Position numbers and translations under genes: made by a program. From contig NC_086108.1 in NCBI RefSeq assembly GCF_963921235.1, forward strand, positions 97,838,001 through 97,902,000: a stretch of DNA of 64,000 nt. The letters are read 5' to 3'. Under the pieces are notes generated by a model, which was not told where the DNA came from, did not search any database, and saw only the letters and a list, made by a program, of their open reading frames with translations. Of the stretch, positions 45,697-58,551 are shown piece by piece (the stretch's first letter is position 1; each line of letters opens with the position of its first letter). This DNA is from Mobula hypostoma (taxonomy: Eukaryota).

Positions 45697-46179
45697 TGGT
45701 TGAATTAAGATTGTAAATTCTATCCTGTGTAATTGAAAAGAGAAACAGCACAAGTGGTGCATTTAACACCAGATGGTTTTAGTCTCTGGGAGTATTTGTT
45801 GCTCGTGGTGAGTCCCGACTGGTAATGATATGCTGCCCCCTAGTGTGCCTCATTCACAGAGTCAAGAGCAAGGAGGGGGGGGAAAAACCTTTTGTTTTAT
45901 TATCTACAAATCCAACCAACTGCAAACACTGAAAAGAAATCTTTGCAGGTTATTTATGAGTTTTATTTATTCTGAATTCTGTTCTACATGTGCTACGACC
46001 CTTAGACAGGGGTGAGTAACTTACAAGACAGAGATCGAGAGAATTCCTGTTCCTCACTTCAGCCACAATAAGGTGTGATTTCTGTGATGTTCTCTTCGGT
46101 GAACTAATGCCAAGCTGCATAAAGAATGAATTTACCTTCATGATATTATGCCATTTATCGGAGAGCCAAAAGTGAGCCA
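45697..46179 (-). other. Candidate spliced exon pair of an unidentified transcript
   Basis: Acceptor ctttcccctttttaacag|46179 with donors at 46136 (AAG|gtaaat) or 46025 (CTT|gtaagt); acceptor tttctcttttcaattacacag|45724 and donor 45697|gtaagt; joined frame is open. Confidence 0.3.
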
Positions 46180-47419
46180 CTGTTAAAAAGGGGAAAGTGT
46201 TGTGGCTCAGACTATTTCAAGGTACCGACAACTCTAATTTCAAATGTTCCTGGTTCATTAGAAGGAAACTAGGGGGGCAGGTGGTTTCCCCTTGTATCCA
46301 CTAAACAGATGTACATACAACCTGCTCTTCTCCATTAGGAGCATACTTGTTTGAAGTAGTCTCACGTTGAAACCAGTAGCTAGAAATCAGGGGGTCCTGA
46401 TGAAGTGGGATATGATTAGCGGGGATTTATTTTAACACACAGGTGTACTGAGTGAGCCAAGGAGATGCTACGTCGTGTAAGAACCTAGCGAGGGGTGGCT
46501 GCATGGAGGGATTCCATTCCCTGCTGCCCCATTCAAAATGGAAATTCAGGATCAATTTCATAGGGAGCGCACTTCATTCCAGGCACAAGTGGAGGGGATT
46601 TCAGTGTTTTACTCATTGATTTAGATTTAGAGATCCCACATAGTATCAGGCCCTTCTGGCCCAATTACACCCATGTGAACAATTAACTCACTAGCCTGAT
46701 CGTCTGTGGAATGTGGGAGGAAACCAGAGCACCCAGAATGTACACACATGGCCACAGGGAGAACATAGAAACCCCTTAGAAAAAGCGGTGGGGAAAAGCA
46801 CGGGTCGCTGGCGCAGAAACGTCTGTGCCACAATGCTGTCTGTGTCCTATCCTTTGTTTTGGCTGATGTCAGCCCCATTAAGGTTAGTTAGGTTAGAGGT
46901 TAGGTGACCTGTATCTCTTGGCACCTTTTGCACCATCTATAAAGTGAGCCCATAAAGTGGTGGAATACCCTCCCACTCTCCTGAAGGAGTAAACAGTGCT
47001 AACAGCTACAAAGAGATCTGACACCATCCAGGAATAGGGCTTTGTTTGTGTGTGGTTTTTCATTGATTCATTGATCTACTATGAATGCCCGTGAGGAATT
47101 GAATCTGGTCCATGCTGAACTGTTATTCTGCCGCACCCCATCAACCTGCACCGGAGCCTTACCTCTCCATACCCCTCCCATCCATATACCTATCCACGCT
47201 TCTCTTAAATGTTCCAGGTAAACCTGTATCCAACACTTCCACCAGCAACCCCGGTGCTACCCAAGATAGCTTAGACTTGTTGCGCCTAATGGCCTATTCC
47301 TTTGCTGACAATCCTGTGTACTTCTTTATAAATTGCTCAGACAATATGGATGTTGCGATATCTTTCAACCTTGACACTTGATAGACAGCAAACCATTAGC
47401 AGTGAGAACAAGATATCCC

Positions 47420-48475
47420 CTGTGGGAATAAAGGGATCCTATTCTGGCCGGCTGCCGATTACCAGTGGAGTTCCACAGGGGTCAGTGTAGGGACCACTGC
47501 TTTTCACAATGCATGTCAATGACTTGGACAATGATATTAATGGATTTGTGGCTAAATTTGCCAATGATACAAAGATAGGTGGAGGAGCGGGTAGTGTTGA
47601 GGAAACAGAGACTTAGATAGTTTAGGGGAATGGGCAAAGAAATGGCAAATGAAATACAATGTTGGAAAGTGTATGGTCATGCACTTTGGTGGAAGAAATA
47701 AATAGGCAGACTATTACTTAGATTGAGAAAGAATTCAAAATGCAGAGATGCAAAGGGACTTGGGAGTCCTTGTGCAGGATACCCTAAAGGTGAACCTCTA
47801 GGTTGAGTACCGGTGGTGAAGAAGGCGAATGCAATGTTGGCATACGTTTCTAGAGGTATAGAATATAAGAGCAGGGATGTGATGTTGAGGTTTTATAAGG
47901 CACTCATGAGACCACACTTGGAGAACTGTGTGCAGTTTTGGGCTCCTTATTTTAGAAAGGATATACTGACATTGGAGAGGGTTCAGAGAAGATTCACAAG
48001 AATGATTCCAAGAATGAAAGGGTTACCATATGAGGAATATCTGGCAGCTCTTGGGCTGTATTCCCTGGAGTTCAGGAGAATGGGGGGGATCTCATAAAAC
48101 ATTCCAAATGTTAAAAGGCCTGAACAGATTAGATATGGCAAAGTTATTTCCCATGGCAGGGGATTCTAGGACAAGAGGGCACGACTTCAGGATTGAAGGA
48201 CGTCCATTTAGAACAGAGATGCAGAGAAATTACATTAGTCAGAGGATAGTAAATCTGTGGAATTTGTTGCCACAAATGGCTGTGGAGGCCAAGTCATTGG
48301 GTGTATTTAAAAAAGAGATTTTATAGGTTCTTGATTAGCCAGGGCATCAAAGGGTATGGGGTGAAAGCAGGTGAGTGGGGATGACTGGGTGAATTGGATC
48401 AGCCCATGATTGAAAGGCAGAGCAGACTCGATGGGCCGAATGGCCTACTTCTGCTCCTATATTTTATGGTCTTAT
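47420..48475 (+). mobile_element. CR1 LINE RT 3' fragment
   Basis: ORFs 47813-48097 (VKKANAMLAYVSRGIEYKS...RPHLENCVQFW) and 48030-48326. Confidence 0.9.
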
Positions 48476-48519
48476 AGTCTAAGTTCCTTCGTGATTTCAA
48501 AGATTTCTGAATAAGGTAT

Positions 48520-49290
48520 TGTAGAACATGAAACATAGAACATTACAACACAATTCGAGGCCTTCTGCCCAAGGTGTTGTGCCAATCTTTTAACCTACTA
48601 ATTCATCAATCCTTCCCTCCTACACAAGCCATAGCTCACTATTTTTTTTTCTTTCATCTATGTGTCTATCTAAGAATCTCTTAGATGTCCCTATGTATCA
48701 GCCTCTACTGCTACCCCTGCCAGTGTAATCCAGGTACTTACCATTGTCTGTGTATAAAAACTACCTCTGACACCTCTCCTAAATCTTTCTTCTTAAAATG
48801 ATGTCCTCTGGTATTAGTCACCAGTGCCCCGGGGAAAAGGTGCTGGCTGTCCTCCTCATCTATGCCTCTTATCATCTCGTACACCTCTATCAAGTCATCT
48901 CCCGTCTTCCTTTGCTCCAAAGATCAAAGCCCTGGTCACTCGAGGTATCCATTAAGATGTGCTCCTAAAAGCGCATCTTCGTCCAGGCAGTATCCTGATA
49001 AAGCTCCTCTGCACCCTCTCTGAAGCTTCCACATCCTCCCTATAATGAGGAGACAGAACTGAACATAATACTCCAAGAACAGTTTCATCAGAGTTCTTTA
49101 GAGCTGCAACATTATCTTACGACTTTTTAACTCAATCCCTCGACTAATGAAGGCCAACGCACGATATCCCTTCTTAATCACCTATTGACTTGTCTGGCAA
49201 CTTTGAAGGATCAATGGACTTGGACCCCAAGATTCTTCTGTTGCTCCACACTACTAAGAATCCTGTCATTAATGTTGTAATCTGCCTTCA
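48520..49290 (-). mobile_element. Decayed CR1 LINE 3' fragment
   Basis: ORF 48738-48920 (GDDLIEVYEMIRGID...TRGHHFK). Confidence 0.75.
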
Positions 49291-49704
49291 TGACTGTAGA
49301 GGTCTCATGAATGGGCAGAGCTGAGCAAAGTATTTCAGGCTTAAACTAACTACAGCAGTAAGTGGATTATAACATAATGCAGCATCAATAATCCAAGCCA
49401 GGCTGTTGTACTAGCTCAGGGTAAGGAAACATAAAGCTCAAATGGTTTATGAGGTTTGAAAATTTATGCCCATCTCTTCAGTGTGTTACATTTTTCAGAC
49501 CTGAAGCAGAAATAAGCAGAACTATTTACAAAGTGCAGGCTGCCAAGATTAAGTCTAGGCAGTGTGTCAGAGGGAACCAGGTCTCAGTCCACCTTTTCAA
49601 AGTTTCTAGATGTATAGTTTTCCCGTTAATTTTATTAGCTTCTTCGATATACGGAAGATTTTGGATCCAGAATACCAGGTTGCAGTCCTTTACTCAAGTG
49701 GGTG

Positions 49705-50130
49705 ACAGTAATGGTAATGTCATCACTCGAGCTGAGGATGATGTTCTCCTAAGGAGCTGTCTACTATTCTCTTACTGGAGAATGACAGAGCGTGACTTTG
49801 TTTAACATGGGGAGGCTGATGCATGGGCAGCCACCACAAGGTCCTTGACAGACCGGGGTCGGGATCCAGTTGCAACGAGTGCAAGAGAAAATACTTTCTT
49901 CACTGTTGCAGCCTTCCTCCACCTTCACTGCCATTGGCCTGTGTCATCATTTTCCACCAGCTCCACCGCTGAGGTCTTGGTTGGATCGCTCTTTGTCCAG
50001 AACCACCCCCTTGATCTCACCACCATGGGTGACCCTACCAGGAGCTAAATTCCAGACAGGATTACTCTCGGAATCTGAGGAACTCAAATGCCTCTCTACC
50101 AGGACAAGATGGTGATCCTCGGAGAAGAGT
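49705..50130 (-). mobile_element. RTE/BovB-type non-autonomous retroposon
   Basis: Homologous to 54385-54775; minus-strand start gatcaccatcttgtcctggtagagaggc...ggtagggtcacccatgg resembles RTE (BovB/Expander) 5' ends. Confidence 0.5.
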
Positions 50131-50789
50131 GGTTAATTTTACTGTGTGATCCTGAGGGGTGAGATTGGTTGGACCATTCAGCTATATGAGGCATCACGAC
50201 CAAGATAGCTGTTAACCAAAGTAATCATGACCAAGATAATTCCTGTCCTTACATGAACATGCTGCAATTAGTAGAGCATCTGCTTCACGGCTCAGAGTCT
50301 GAATCAGGTTTATTGTCACTGTCATAAGTCGTGAAATTTGTTGTTTTGTGGCAGCAGAACTGTGCAGACATATCCGTGGTACAAAAGAGAAATAACGAGG
50401 CAGTATTCATGGAAACTTGTTCCCAAAACGTTGTCTTCGAGCTCCTGTACCTCCTCCTGATGGTGGTAACGAGAAGAGGGCATGCCCTGGATGGCGAGGG
50501 TTTTTCAGGATGGATGCTACCTTCTTGAGGCTTCACCTTCTGAAGATGTCTTCAGTGGTGGGGGGACTAATGCCTGTGATGGAACTGGCTAAGCTTACAA
50601 CTCCCGAAGCCTCTAGTTGGAATATTGTGCTCTGGTCTGGTCGCCTCATTATAGGAAGAATGTGGAAGCTTCAGAGAGAGAGTGCGGAGATTTACGAGGA
50701 TGCTGCCTGCAAGCTAGGGAATTTCTCTTTGGAGTGAAGAAGAATGGGAGGTGATTTGATAGAAGTATGCAAGATGATAAGAGGCATAG

Positions 50790-52235
50790 ACAACAGACAA
50801 TAGGTGCAGGAGTAGGCCATTTGGCCCTTCGAGCCAGCACCGCCATTCACTGTGATCATGGCTGATCGTCCACAATCAGTATCCTGTTCCTGCCTTCTCC
50901 CCATATCCCTTGACTCCGCTATCTTTTGCTCTATCTAACTCTTTCTTGAAAGAATCCAGAGAATTGGCCTCCACAGCCTTCTGAGGCAGAGCATTCCACA
51001 GAACCACAACCCTCTGTGTGAAAAAGTTTTTCCTCAACTCCGATCTAAATGGTCCACCTCTTATTTTTAAACTGTGGCCTCTGGTTCTGGACTCCCCCAA
51101 CATCGGGAACATGTTTCCTGCCTCTAGTGTGTCCAATCCCTTAATAATCTTATATGTTTCAATCAGATCCCCTCTCATCCTTCTAAATTCCAGTGTATAC
51201 AAGCCCAGTCGCTCCAACCTTTCAACATATGACATTCTCGCCATCCCTGGAATTAACCTTGTGAACCTCCGCTGCACTCCCTCAATAGCAAGAATGTCCT
51301 TCCTCAAATTTGGAGACCAAAACTGCACACAATACTCCAGGTGGGGTCTCACCAGGGCCTTGTACAACTGCAGAAGGACCTCTTTGTTCCTATACTCAAT
51401 TCCCCTTGTTATGAAGGCCAACATGCCATTAGCTTTCCTCACTGCCTGCTGTACTTGTATGCTTACTTTCAGTGACTGATGAACAAGGACACCCAGATCT
51501 CGTTGTACTTCCCCTTTTCCTAACCTGACACTATTCAGATAGTAATCTGCCTTCCTGTTCTTGCCACCAAAGTGGATAACCTCACATTTATCCACATTAA
51601 ACTGCATCTGCCATGCATCTGCCCACTCACCCAACCTGTCCAAGTCACCCTGCCTTCTCATAACATCCTCCTCACACTTCACACTGTCACCCAGCTTTGT
51701 GTCATCTGCAAATTTGCTAATGTTACTTCTAATGCCTTCATCTAAATCATTAAAGTATATTGTAAATAGCTGCAGTGCCAGCACCGAGCCTTGCAGTACC
51801 CCACTAGTCACTGCCTGCCATTCTGAAAAGGACCTGTTAATCTCTACTCTTTGTTTCCTGTCTGCCAACCAATTTCTATCCATGCCAGTACCCTACCCCC
51901 AATACCATGTGCTCTAATTTTGCCCAAAAACCTCCTATGTGGGACCTTATCAAGGCTTTTTGAAAGTCCAGGTACACTACATCCACTGGCTTTCCCATGT
52001 CCATTTTCATAGTTACACCCTCAAAGAATTCCAGAAGATTAGTCAAGCGTGATTTCCCCTTCGTAAATCCATGCTGACTCGAACCGATCCTGTTACTGCT
52101 ATCCAGATGTGTCGTAATTTCATCTTTTAAAATTGACTCCAGCATCTGATGTCAGACTAAATGGTCTATAATTCCCTGTTTTCTCTCTCCCTCCTTCCTT
52201 AAAAACTGGGATAACATTAGCTACCCTCCAGTCCA
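50790..52235 (-). mobile_element. CR1 LINE RT (335-aa ORF plus frameshifted upstream ORF), nested in an older + strand CR1
   Basis: ORFs 50876-51883 (TSGVLQGSVL...SKFADDTKLG) and 51876-52145 (SQHGFTKGKSRLTNLLEFFE); host CR1 at about 50600-50790 and 52236-52570. Confidence 0.95.
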
Positions 52236-52904
52236 TTGAGTGGACAGCCAGAAACCTTTTACCGGGGCAGAAATAGCTAACACCAGGGGCATAATTTTAA
52301 GGTGATTGGAGTGAAGTATAGGGAAATATAAGAGGTCTATACATAGTGTAGTGGGTGCATGGAATGTTCTGCCGGGGTGGTGCTAAAGACAGATACGATA
52401 AGGGCATTTAAGAAACTCTTAGGTTGGCACATGGGTGATAGAGAAATGGAGGGTTATGTAGAAAGGAAGGGTTAGATTGATTTTACAGTAGGTTGAAAGG
52501 TCAGCATAATATCGTGGGCTGATGTTCCTGTACTGTACTGTGTTGTAATGTTCTACGTGCTATGGTCTATTCCTCTCCTGATCCTCCTCAGAAACATGCT
52601 GATTCCCCTAGCTACACACCGCAAAATGTCACCCACCCTGTGTTGCAGCTGTAGCTTCAGCTGATGTGTGACCAACAAACTCCAGAGCATGTCCTCAGAA
52701 CAGGAGGACTCTGGGGGGGAGGCAGGGGGAAGGATGCTTCTGACTGCAGAATTGGTCAGCTCCTGATGTGAGACGTCAGACCATAAGACATAGAATCAGT
52801 AATAGGTCATTAACCTATCAAGTCTCTTTAGCCATCTTTGGCAATAAATTTATGAACATAGGACAGTATAGCACGATATGGTCTTTCAGCCCACAATGTT
52901 GTAG

Positions 52905-53270
52905 ACCATAAGAAATAGGAGCAGAATTATGCCATTTAGCCCATCGAATCTCCTCCACCATTGCATCATGGATGACTCATTATCCCTGTCAACCGCTTTC
53001 TCCTGCTTTCTCCCCGTAACCTTTGATGACCTTACTAATCAAGAAGCTATTTTAAATATACCCAATGGCATGGTCTCCACAGCTGGCTGTGGTAATGAAT
53101 TCTACAGATTCACTACCCTCTGGCTAAAGAAATTCCTCCTCATCTCTGTTCTAAAGGGACATCCTAGAATTCTGAGGTTGTGCTCTCTGGTCCTAGGCTC
53201 CCCCACCATAGGAAACATCTTCTCCACCTCCACTCTGTCTAGGCCTTTCAATATTCAATAGCTTTCAATG
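52905..53270 (-). mobile_element. CR1 3' end
   Basis: Homologous to 32950-33320. Confidence 0.8.
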
Positions 53271-53493
53271 ACTACTGAGGTCTTAGACTTTGATCGCAAC
53301 TAATGTTTGATGAAGTCTTGGTTTTATTGTATCTGAGCCATGGTCATCTGCCTTTTACGATTCACTGGAAAATTCTGGGCTACCATGTGTATTCAACACT
53401 GAGTCAGTCAGTTATCTGAGATTCAAAGCCAATGGGAACAGGCAAGAGAATGAAGATGAGACCAAACTCAGGGCAGGCTGCAGTGTACTTGTT

Positions 53494-53657
53494 CTGCCCC
53501 TGTTACTTGTGTTACACACAGGAAAGAGTTAAGGACAATACGGACTAGGAAAATCACAAGGCCAAACTGGAAGGACCAAGTGGCCTTGTACTGCCCCTGT
53601 TATTTATGCTGCACACAGGAAAGAGTTAAGAACGGTATGGGCTAGGAAAAGCACAAG
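53494..53657 (+). repeat. Imperfect direct duplication (about 66-bp unit, 97-bp spacing)
   Basis: ctgcccctgtta...cacacaggaaagagttaag...ctaggaaaa.cacaag at 53494-53559 and 53591-53657. Confidence 0.75.
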
Positions 53658-53820
53658 TAAATGCACACAGTCTTTTTCCCAGGAAGACTGAAGAAAACAC
53701 TAGACGGGATAAATTTAAGGTGAGAGGAGAAAGATTGAAAAGTGGTGGGTATATAGAACGAGCTGCCAGAGAAGTAGTTGAGGCAGGTACAATAGCAACG
53801 TTCAAAAAACATTGGATAAG

Positions 53821-54260
53821 TGAATTGAATTGACTTTGTTACTTACATCCTTCACATACACAAAAAGTAAAAATCTTTATGCTACGTCTTCATCTAAATG
53901 TGCAATGTGCAATTTATAGTAATTGTAATAAATAGTATGTACAACAATATAACATAGAAATACAGTTATGTCAGCATGAGTTAATCAGTCTAATGGCCTG
54001 GTGGAAGAAGCTGTCCCGGAGCCTATTAGTCCTGCTTTTATGCTGCGGTACCATTTCCCAGATGGTAGCAGCTGGAACAGTTTGTGGTTGGGGGTGACTC
54101 AGGTCTCCAATGATCCTTCGGGCCCTTTTTACACACCTGTCTCTGTAAATGTCCTGAATAGTGGGAAGTTCACATCTACAGATGCGCTGGGCTGTCCGCA
54201 CCACTCTCTGCAGAGTCCTGCGATTGAGGGAGGTACAGTTCCCATACCAGACAGTGATGC
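53821..54260 (-). mobile_element. Rex/Babar LINE 3' end, same family as 11288-12715
   Basis: ORF 53971-54351 (CITVWYGNCTSLNRRTLQRVV...RLRDSFFHQAIRLINSC). Confidence 0.9.
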
Positions 54261-54384
54261 ATGATAAGAAAGATTTAGAGAGGAATGTGCCAAAAGAGGG
54301 CAAATGGGACTGGCTTAGATGAGGGAGTTGGGAAGGAGGTCCTGTTCCCATGTTGTATAGATCTCTGATTCTGGGACTCTAATA

Positions 54385-54775
54385 CCAGTCGTAGTGTGAT
54401 CACTCGAGCCGAGTATGATGTTCTCCAGAGGAGTTCTATTGGTGTCTCTTTAGGTGGTTGTTGAGGCCGATACTGAGTTCACATAAATGGAGAAAGCCCA
54501 TGTGTGACTTTGTTTAACAGGAGGAGTCTGATGCACGAGCAGCCACCACATGGTCCTTGACAAATCAGGGTCAGGGTCCAGTGGGATGGAATACAAGCGG
54601 ACTGGGAAACTCTCTCTGCTGCTGCCTTCCTTCACTCCTGCTGTGATAGGACATCATCTTCTGCCAGCTCCAGCACCGACCCTACCAGAAGCTAAGCGCC
54701 AGGCAGCATCGCTCTCGGGAGTTCAGGAATTCACAAGGCTCTCCACCACGACTACGTGATGATCCTGGGAGAAGG
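54385..54775 (-). mobile_element. RTE/BovB-type non-autonomous retroposon
   Basis: Second copy of 49705-50130 (atcactcgagc.gag.atgatgttctcc...cagccaccaca.ggtccttgaca). Confidence 0.5.
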
Positions 54776-54865
54776 ACCCTAATAAAGGTACCTGGGAACT
54801 GCCACACTCCAAAACATGTCCAGGAATGAATTCACTGCCGCATGTTCCAGAGTCTACAGAAAATA

Positions 54866-55445
54866 CACTCAGTGGCCACTTTATTAGGTACATCTGCACA
54901 CCTGCTCGTTAATGTAAGTATCTAATTAGTCCATCATGTGGCAGCAACTCAATGTGTAAAAGCATGCAGACGTGGTCAAGAGGTTCAATTGTTGTTCAGA
55001 CCAAACATCAGAATGGAAACGTGACCTAAGTGACTTTGACCGTGGAATGATTGTTGGTGCCAGATGGGGTGGTTTGAGTATCTCAGAAACTGCTGATCTC
55101 TTGGGATTTTCACACACAACAGTCTCTAGAGTTCACAGAGAATGGTGCGAGAAACAAAAAGAAACCCAGTGAGCGGCAGTTCTGTGCGCAATAATGCCCT
55201 GATAATGAGAGAGGTCAGGAGGTCGGAGGGGGAAGGCCAGACTGGTTCAAGCTGACAGGAAGGTGTCAGTAACTCAAATATCTGCATGTTACAACAGCAG
55301 TGTGCAGAGGAGCATCTACGAACACACGTATCGAACCTTGAAGTGGATGAGCCGCAGCAGCAGACGATCACAAACATGGACTCAGTAGCCAATTTATTAG
55401 GTAAAGGGAGAGGAGGGTGATACCGAATATAATGGCCACTTAGTA
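54866..55445 (+). mobile_element. Tc1-like internal-deletion derivative
   Basis: TA followed by cactcagtggccactttattaggtac; ORF 54972-55172 (DLSDFDRGMIVGARWGGLSISETADLLGFSHTTVSRV). Confidence 0.85.
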
Positions 55446-56429
55446 TAAATACTTCAGTACGGTCATGTGACTTGAAAAGTTACCTCTGCTAAACAGTAAT
55501 CTTAAAGAGCTTCACAACCCTTACGTTTCCAGGAAAGCTGACTGTGTTGACTTCAATGAAATGAAATAATTTTAAAACATAAAGCACCGGTATTTGTAAA
55601 ACGCTGGCAAGATTGCCCTTTTACCAACCAGTTTCAGTTCTAGTATACTAGGCCCATAATAATCTACTGAGCCCTCTCAGAAAATATATGCACTTAGCCA
55701 TCACCTGCACTAAAAGGTGATCATGAAGGAGTCTTGGAATCCTGTAGCAGAGCTGAAAGCCCCGTTCTCCATTCATGCTGTCTTATTTTCTTGTTTAGAG
55801 AAAGTACGTGTCATGATAGAAAACTACCATGTAACCCTTGGAAACGACGAGATCTCCATTCTCATTTAAATTATAATTGATAATGGTTTCATTCTATACC
55901 CTGTGAGTATTAAACATCTGTATCTGAACATGTTTTTCATCACTTTGGATTTAGTCGGATATCTTTGCCATAAATCTGTAATGATGAATGTCATGAAGAG
56001 TGTGAGAGGGAAAAAAAATGCAGAAAATAGAAGCCTAGGTTTTATATTGGTGACAGTGTGTGAAGATTTATTATGTTCCTCTGGCATCTCCTGTGTTCAT
56101 TTTCTTAGCAGAGGTGTCAATCCCTTCACAATATATGTTAATGTCAAATGTTAGAGTACTTAGTGAGGAAACGAGAGTGGAAGAGTGGGGGAGGTGGAGG
56201 AGGGAGCTGGGGCAAAGGAAATTCAACTTCCATTACCTGTTTTTATATAAATTGCTGTCAGGCTCACAAAATTTGCATGGAGGTCCATTGTCAGGACTGC
56301 CGTGTTATGTCAGCTGTAAGAAATAGAAAATGCTGAAAACACTCGGCAAGTCAGGTAGGATCTGTATTGGTATTGAAATTGGTTTATTATGGTCACGTGT
56401 ACCAAGATACAGTGAAAAGCTTGTCATAG

Positions 56430-57590
56430 GGTCAAAGAACACTACAGCACAGAAACAGGTCCTTCGGCCCATCTAGTCCATACCAAAGTATTATTCTGCC
56501 TAATCCCATTAACCTGCCCTCCCTACGCCCCCCCCCATCCATGTACCTATCCAAATTTTTCTTAAATGTTGAAATCAAACTTACATCCACCACTTGCTCT
56601 AGCAGCTCGTTCCACACACTCACCTCCCTCCAAGTGAGGAAGTTGCCCCTGATGTTCCATTTAAACATTTCACCTTTCACCCTTAACCCATGACCTCCAG
56701 TTGTAGTCTCACCCAACCCCAGTGGAAAAAGCATGCTTGCATTTTCCCCATCTGTTCCCATCATACTTGCCTTGCATACTGTTCAAACAGATCAAATCAT
56801 TACACAGTGCATTGAGCTAGAATAAGGTAAAGCAATAACAATGCAGAATAAAGTATAAAATCTACCGAGGAAGTGTAAGATCATAACAAGGTAGATTGTG
56901 AGTCAAGAGCCTATCTTATTGTACAAGTGATCCATTCAATACTCTGATAACAGTGATATCGATGGGAGATGGGAGGAGAGAGAATGTGCAGGGTGGATTG
57001 GGTCTTTGATTATGCTGGCTGCTTTGACAAATCAGTGAGAAGCATAGACAAAGTGCAAAGAGGGCAAATGGTCCCTGTGATGTGCTGAGCTGTGTCTACT
57101 ATGTGCAGTTTGTTGAAGTTATGTGCCATACAGTTGTCATACCAAGCCATTATGTATCCAGAGTTCTTTCTATGTTGCATTGATAAGAATTGGGACGAGT
57201 TGAAGAGAACGTGCTGAATTTCTTTAGCCTCCTCAGAAAGTAGAGACGTTGGTGAGTTTTCTTGGTTTTTATCGTCAACGTGGTTGGACCACAGCAGTGT
57301 ATTGGTGATGCCCAAACCTAGGAACTTGAAGCTCCAAACCCTCTCAACTTCAATGCCATTGATGTAGACAGGAGGTTGTGCACCACCCTTCTTTCTGAAG
57401 TCCATAACAAGCTCTTTCATTTTGTTGACATTGAGGGGAAGGTTGTTGCAATGACACCATGTCACGAGGCTCCCTATCTCCATCCTGTTCTCTGACTCAT
57501 CGTTAGTTAAGATACAGTGGTATCATCTGCAGACTTGTAGGTGAAGTTAGAGCTGAATCTGGCCACACAGTCCTGAGTGTACAGGGAGTA
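56430..57590 (-). mobile_element. CR1 3' end (56430-56765) nested in the tail of a Rex/Babar fragment
   Basis: ORFs 56432-56764 (CR1 C-terminus) and 57010-57483 (WCHCNNLPLNVNKMKELVMDFRK...FKFLG). Confidence 0.8.
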
Positions 57591-58029
57591 GCATATCTGC
57601 AGAAAGCAAAAGAGAGTTAATGCCTCAAGCTGATCTTTGACCACAGATGCTGCCTAACCTGCTGAGTAGAATGCATTGATAGACTGAACCTCCACAGCTT
57701 TCCAGAATATGGAATTCCAAATGTTCACCATTACATGAGTGAACAATTTTCTTTTTATTCCTCACTTAGGTCTCTCATTTAGAGGCTGTGGCCCATGGTT
57801 CCAGGTTCCTTCACCAGCTGTGCATGTACATCATTAGTCAAATATTATTACTTTTCAATGGTCACCTCTTACTCGAAACTCTAAAGAAAAGAGACCAAAC
57901 CTCAATCCCTGTTCATATGACAGACCTGTTATCTGGTGAATCATTGCAACAATCTCTCAAGAACAAGTATATCCATTATTCAGTTGGGAGACACAAATAG
58001 GACAGAAAATTCACTAATTTCACAAAGGC

Positions 58030-58551
58030 TTCATATCTCCTGTATCTTATAGGGTGACTACTGAGTGTATGTTCATGGTCTTCTGCTGCAGTAGCCCATC
58101 CTCTTTAAGGTTCAATGTGTTGTGCGCTCAGCGATCTCTCTGTACAGGGCAATGTGAGTTACTGTCGCCTTCCTGCCAGCTTGAACCAGTCTGGCCATTC
58201 TCCTCTGACCTCTCTCATTAACAAGACATTTTCGCCTACAGAACTGCCACTCACTGGATGTTTTTTTTTGTTTGTTTTCATGCCATTTTCTGTAGACTCT
58301 AAAGCCTATTATGCACGAAAATCCCAGGAGATCAGCGGTTTCTGAAATACTCAAACCACTCCATCTAGCACCAGCAACCTTTCTAGTCAAAATCACTTTG
58401 ATCACATTTTTTTCCATTCTGAAGTTTGGTCTGAACAACTACTGAACCTGTATGACTCTGTGCATCGGGTTGCTACCACAAGGTTGGCTGATTAGATACT
58501 TGCATTAGAGATCAGGTATACAGGTGTACCTAATAACGTGGCTACTGAGTG
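58030..58551 (-). mobile_element. Tc1-like internal-deletion derivative
   Basis: ORF 58112-58438 (GARWSGLSISETADLLGFS...ERGQRRMARLVQAGRKATV); TIR followed by TA at 58552. Confidence 0.85.

Noticed and set aside
46390..46452. Possible C/D snoRNA (TGATGA...CTGA)
   Set aside because: Short, with no convincing terminal stem or recognisable rRNA guide
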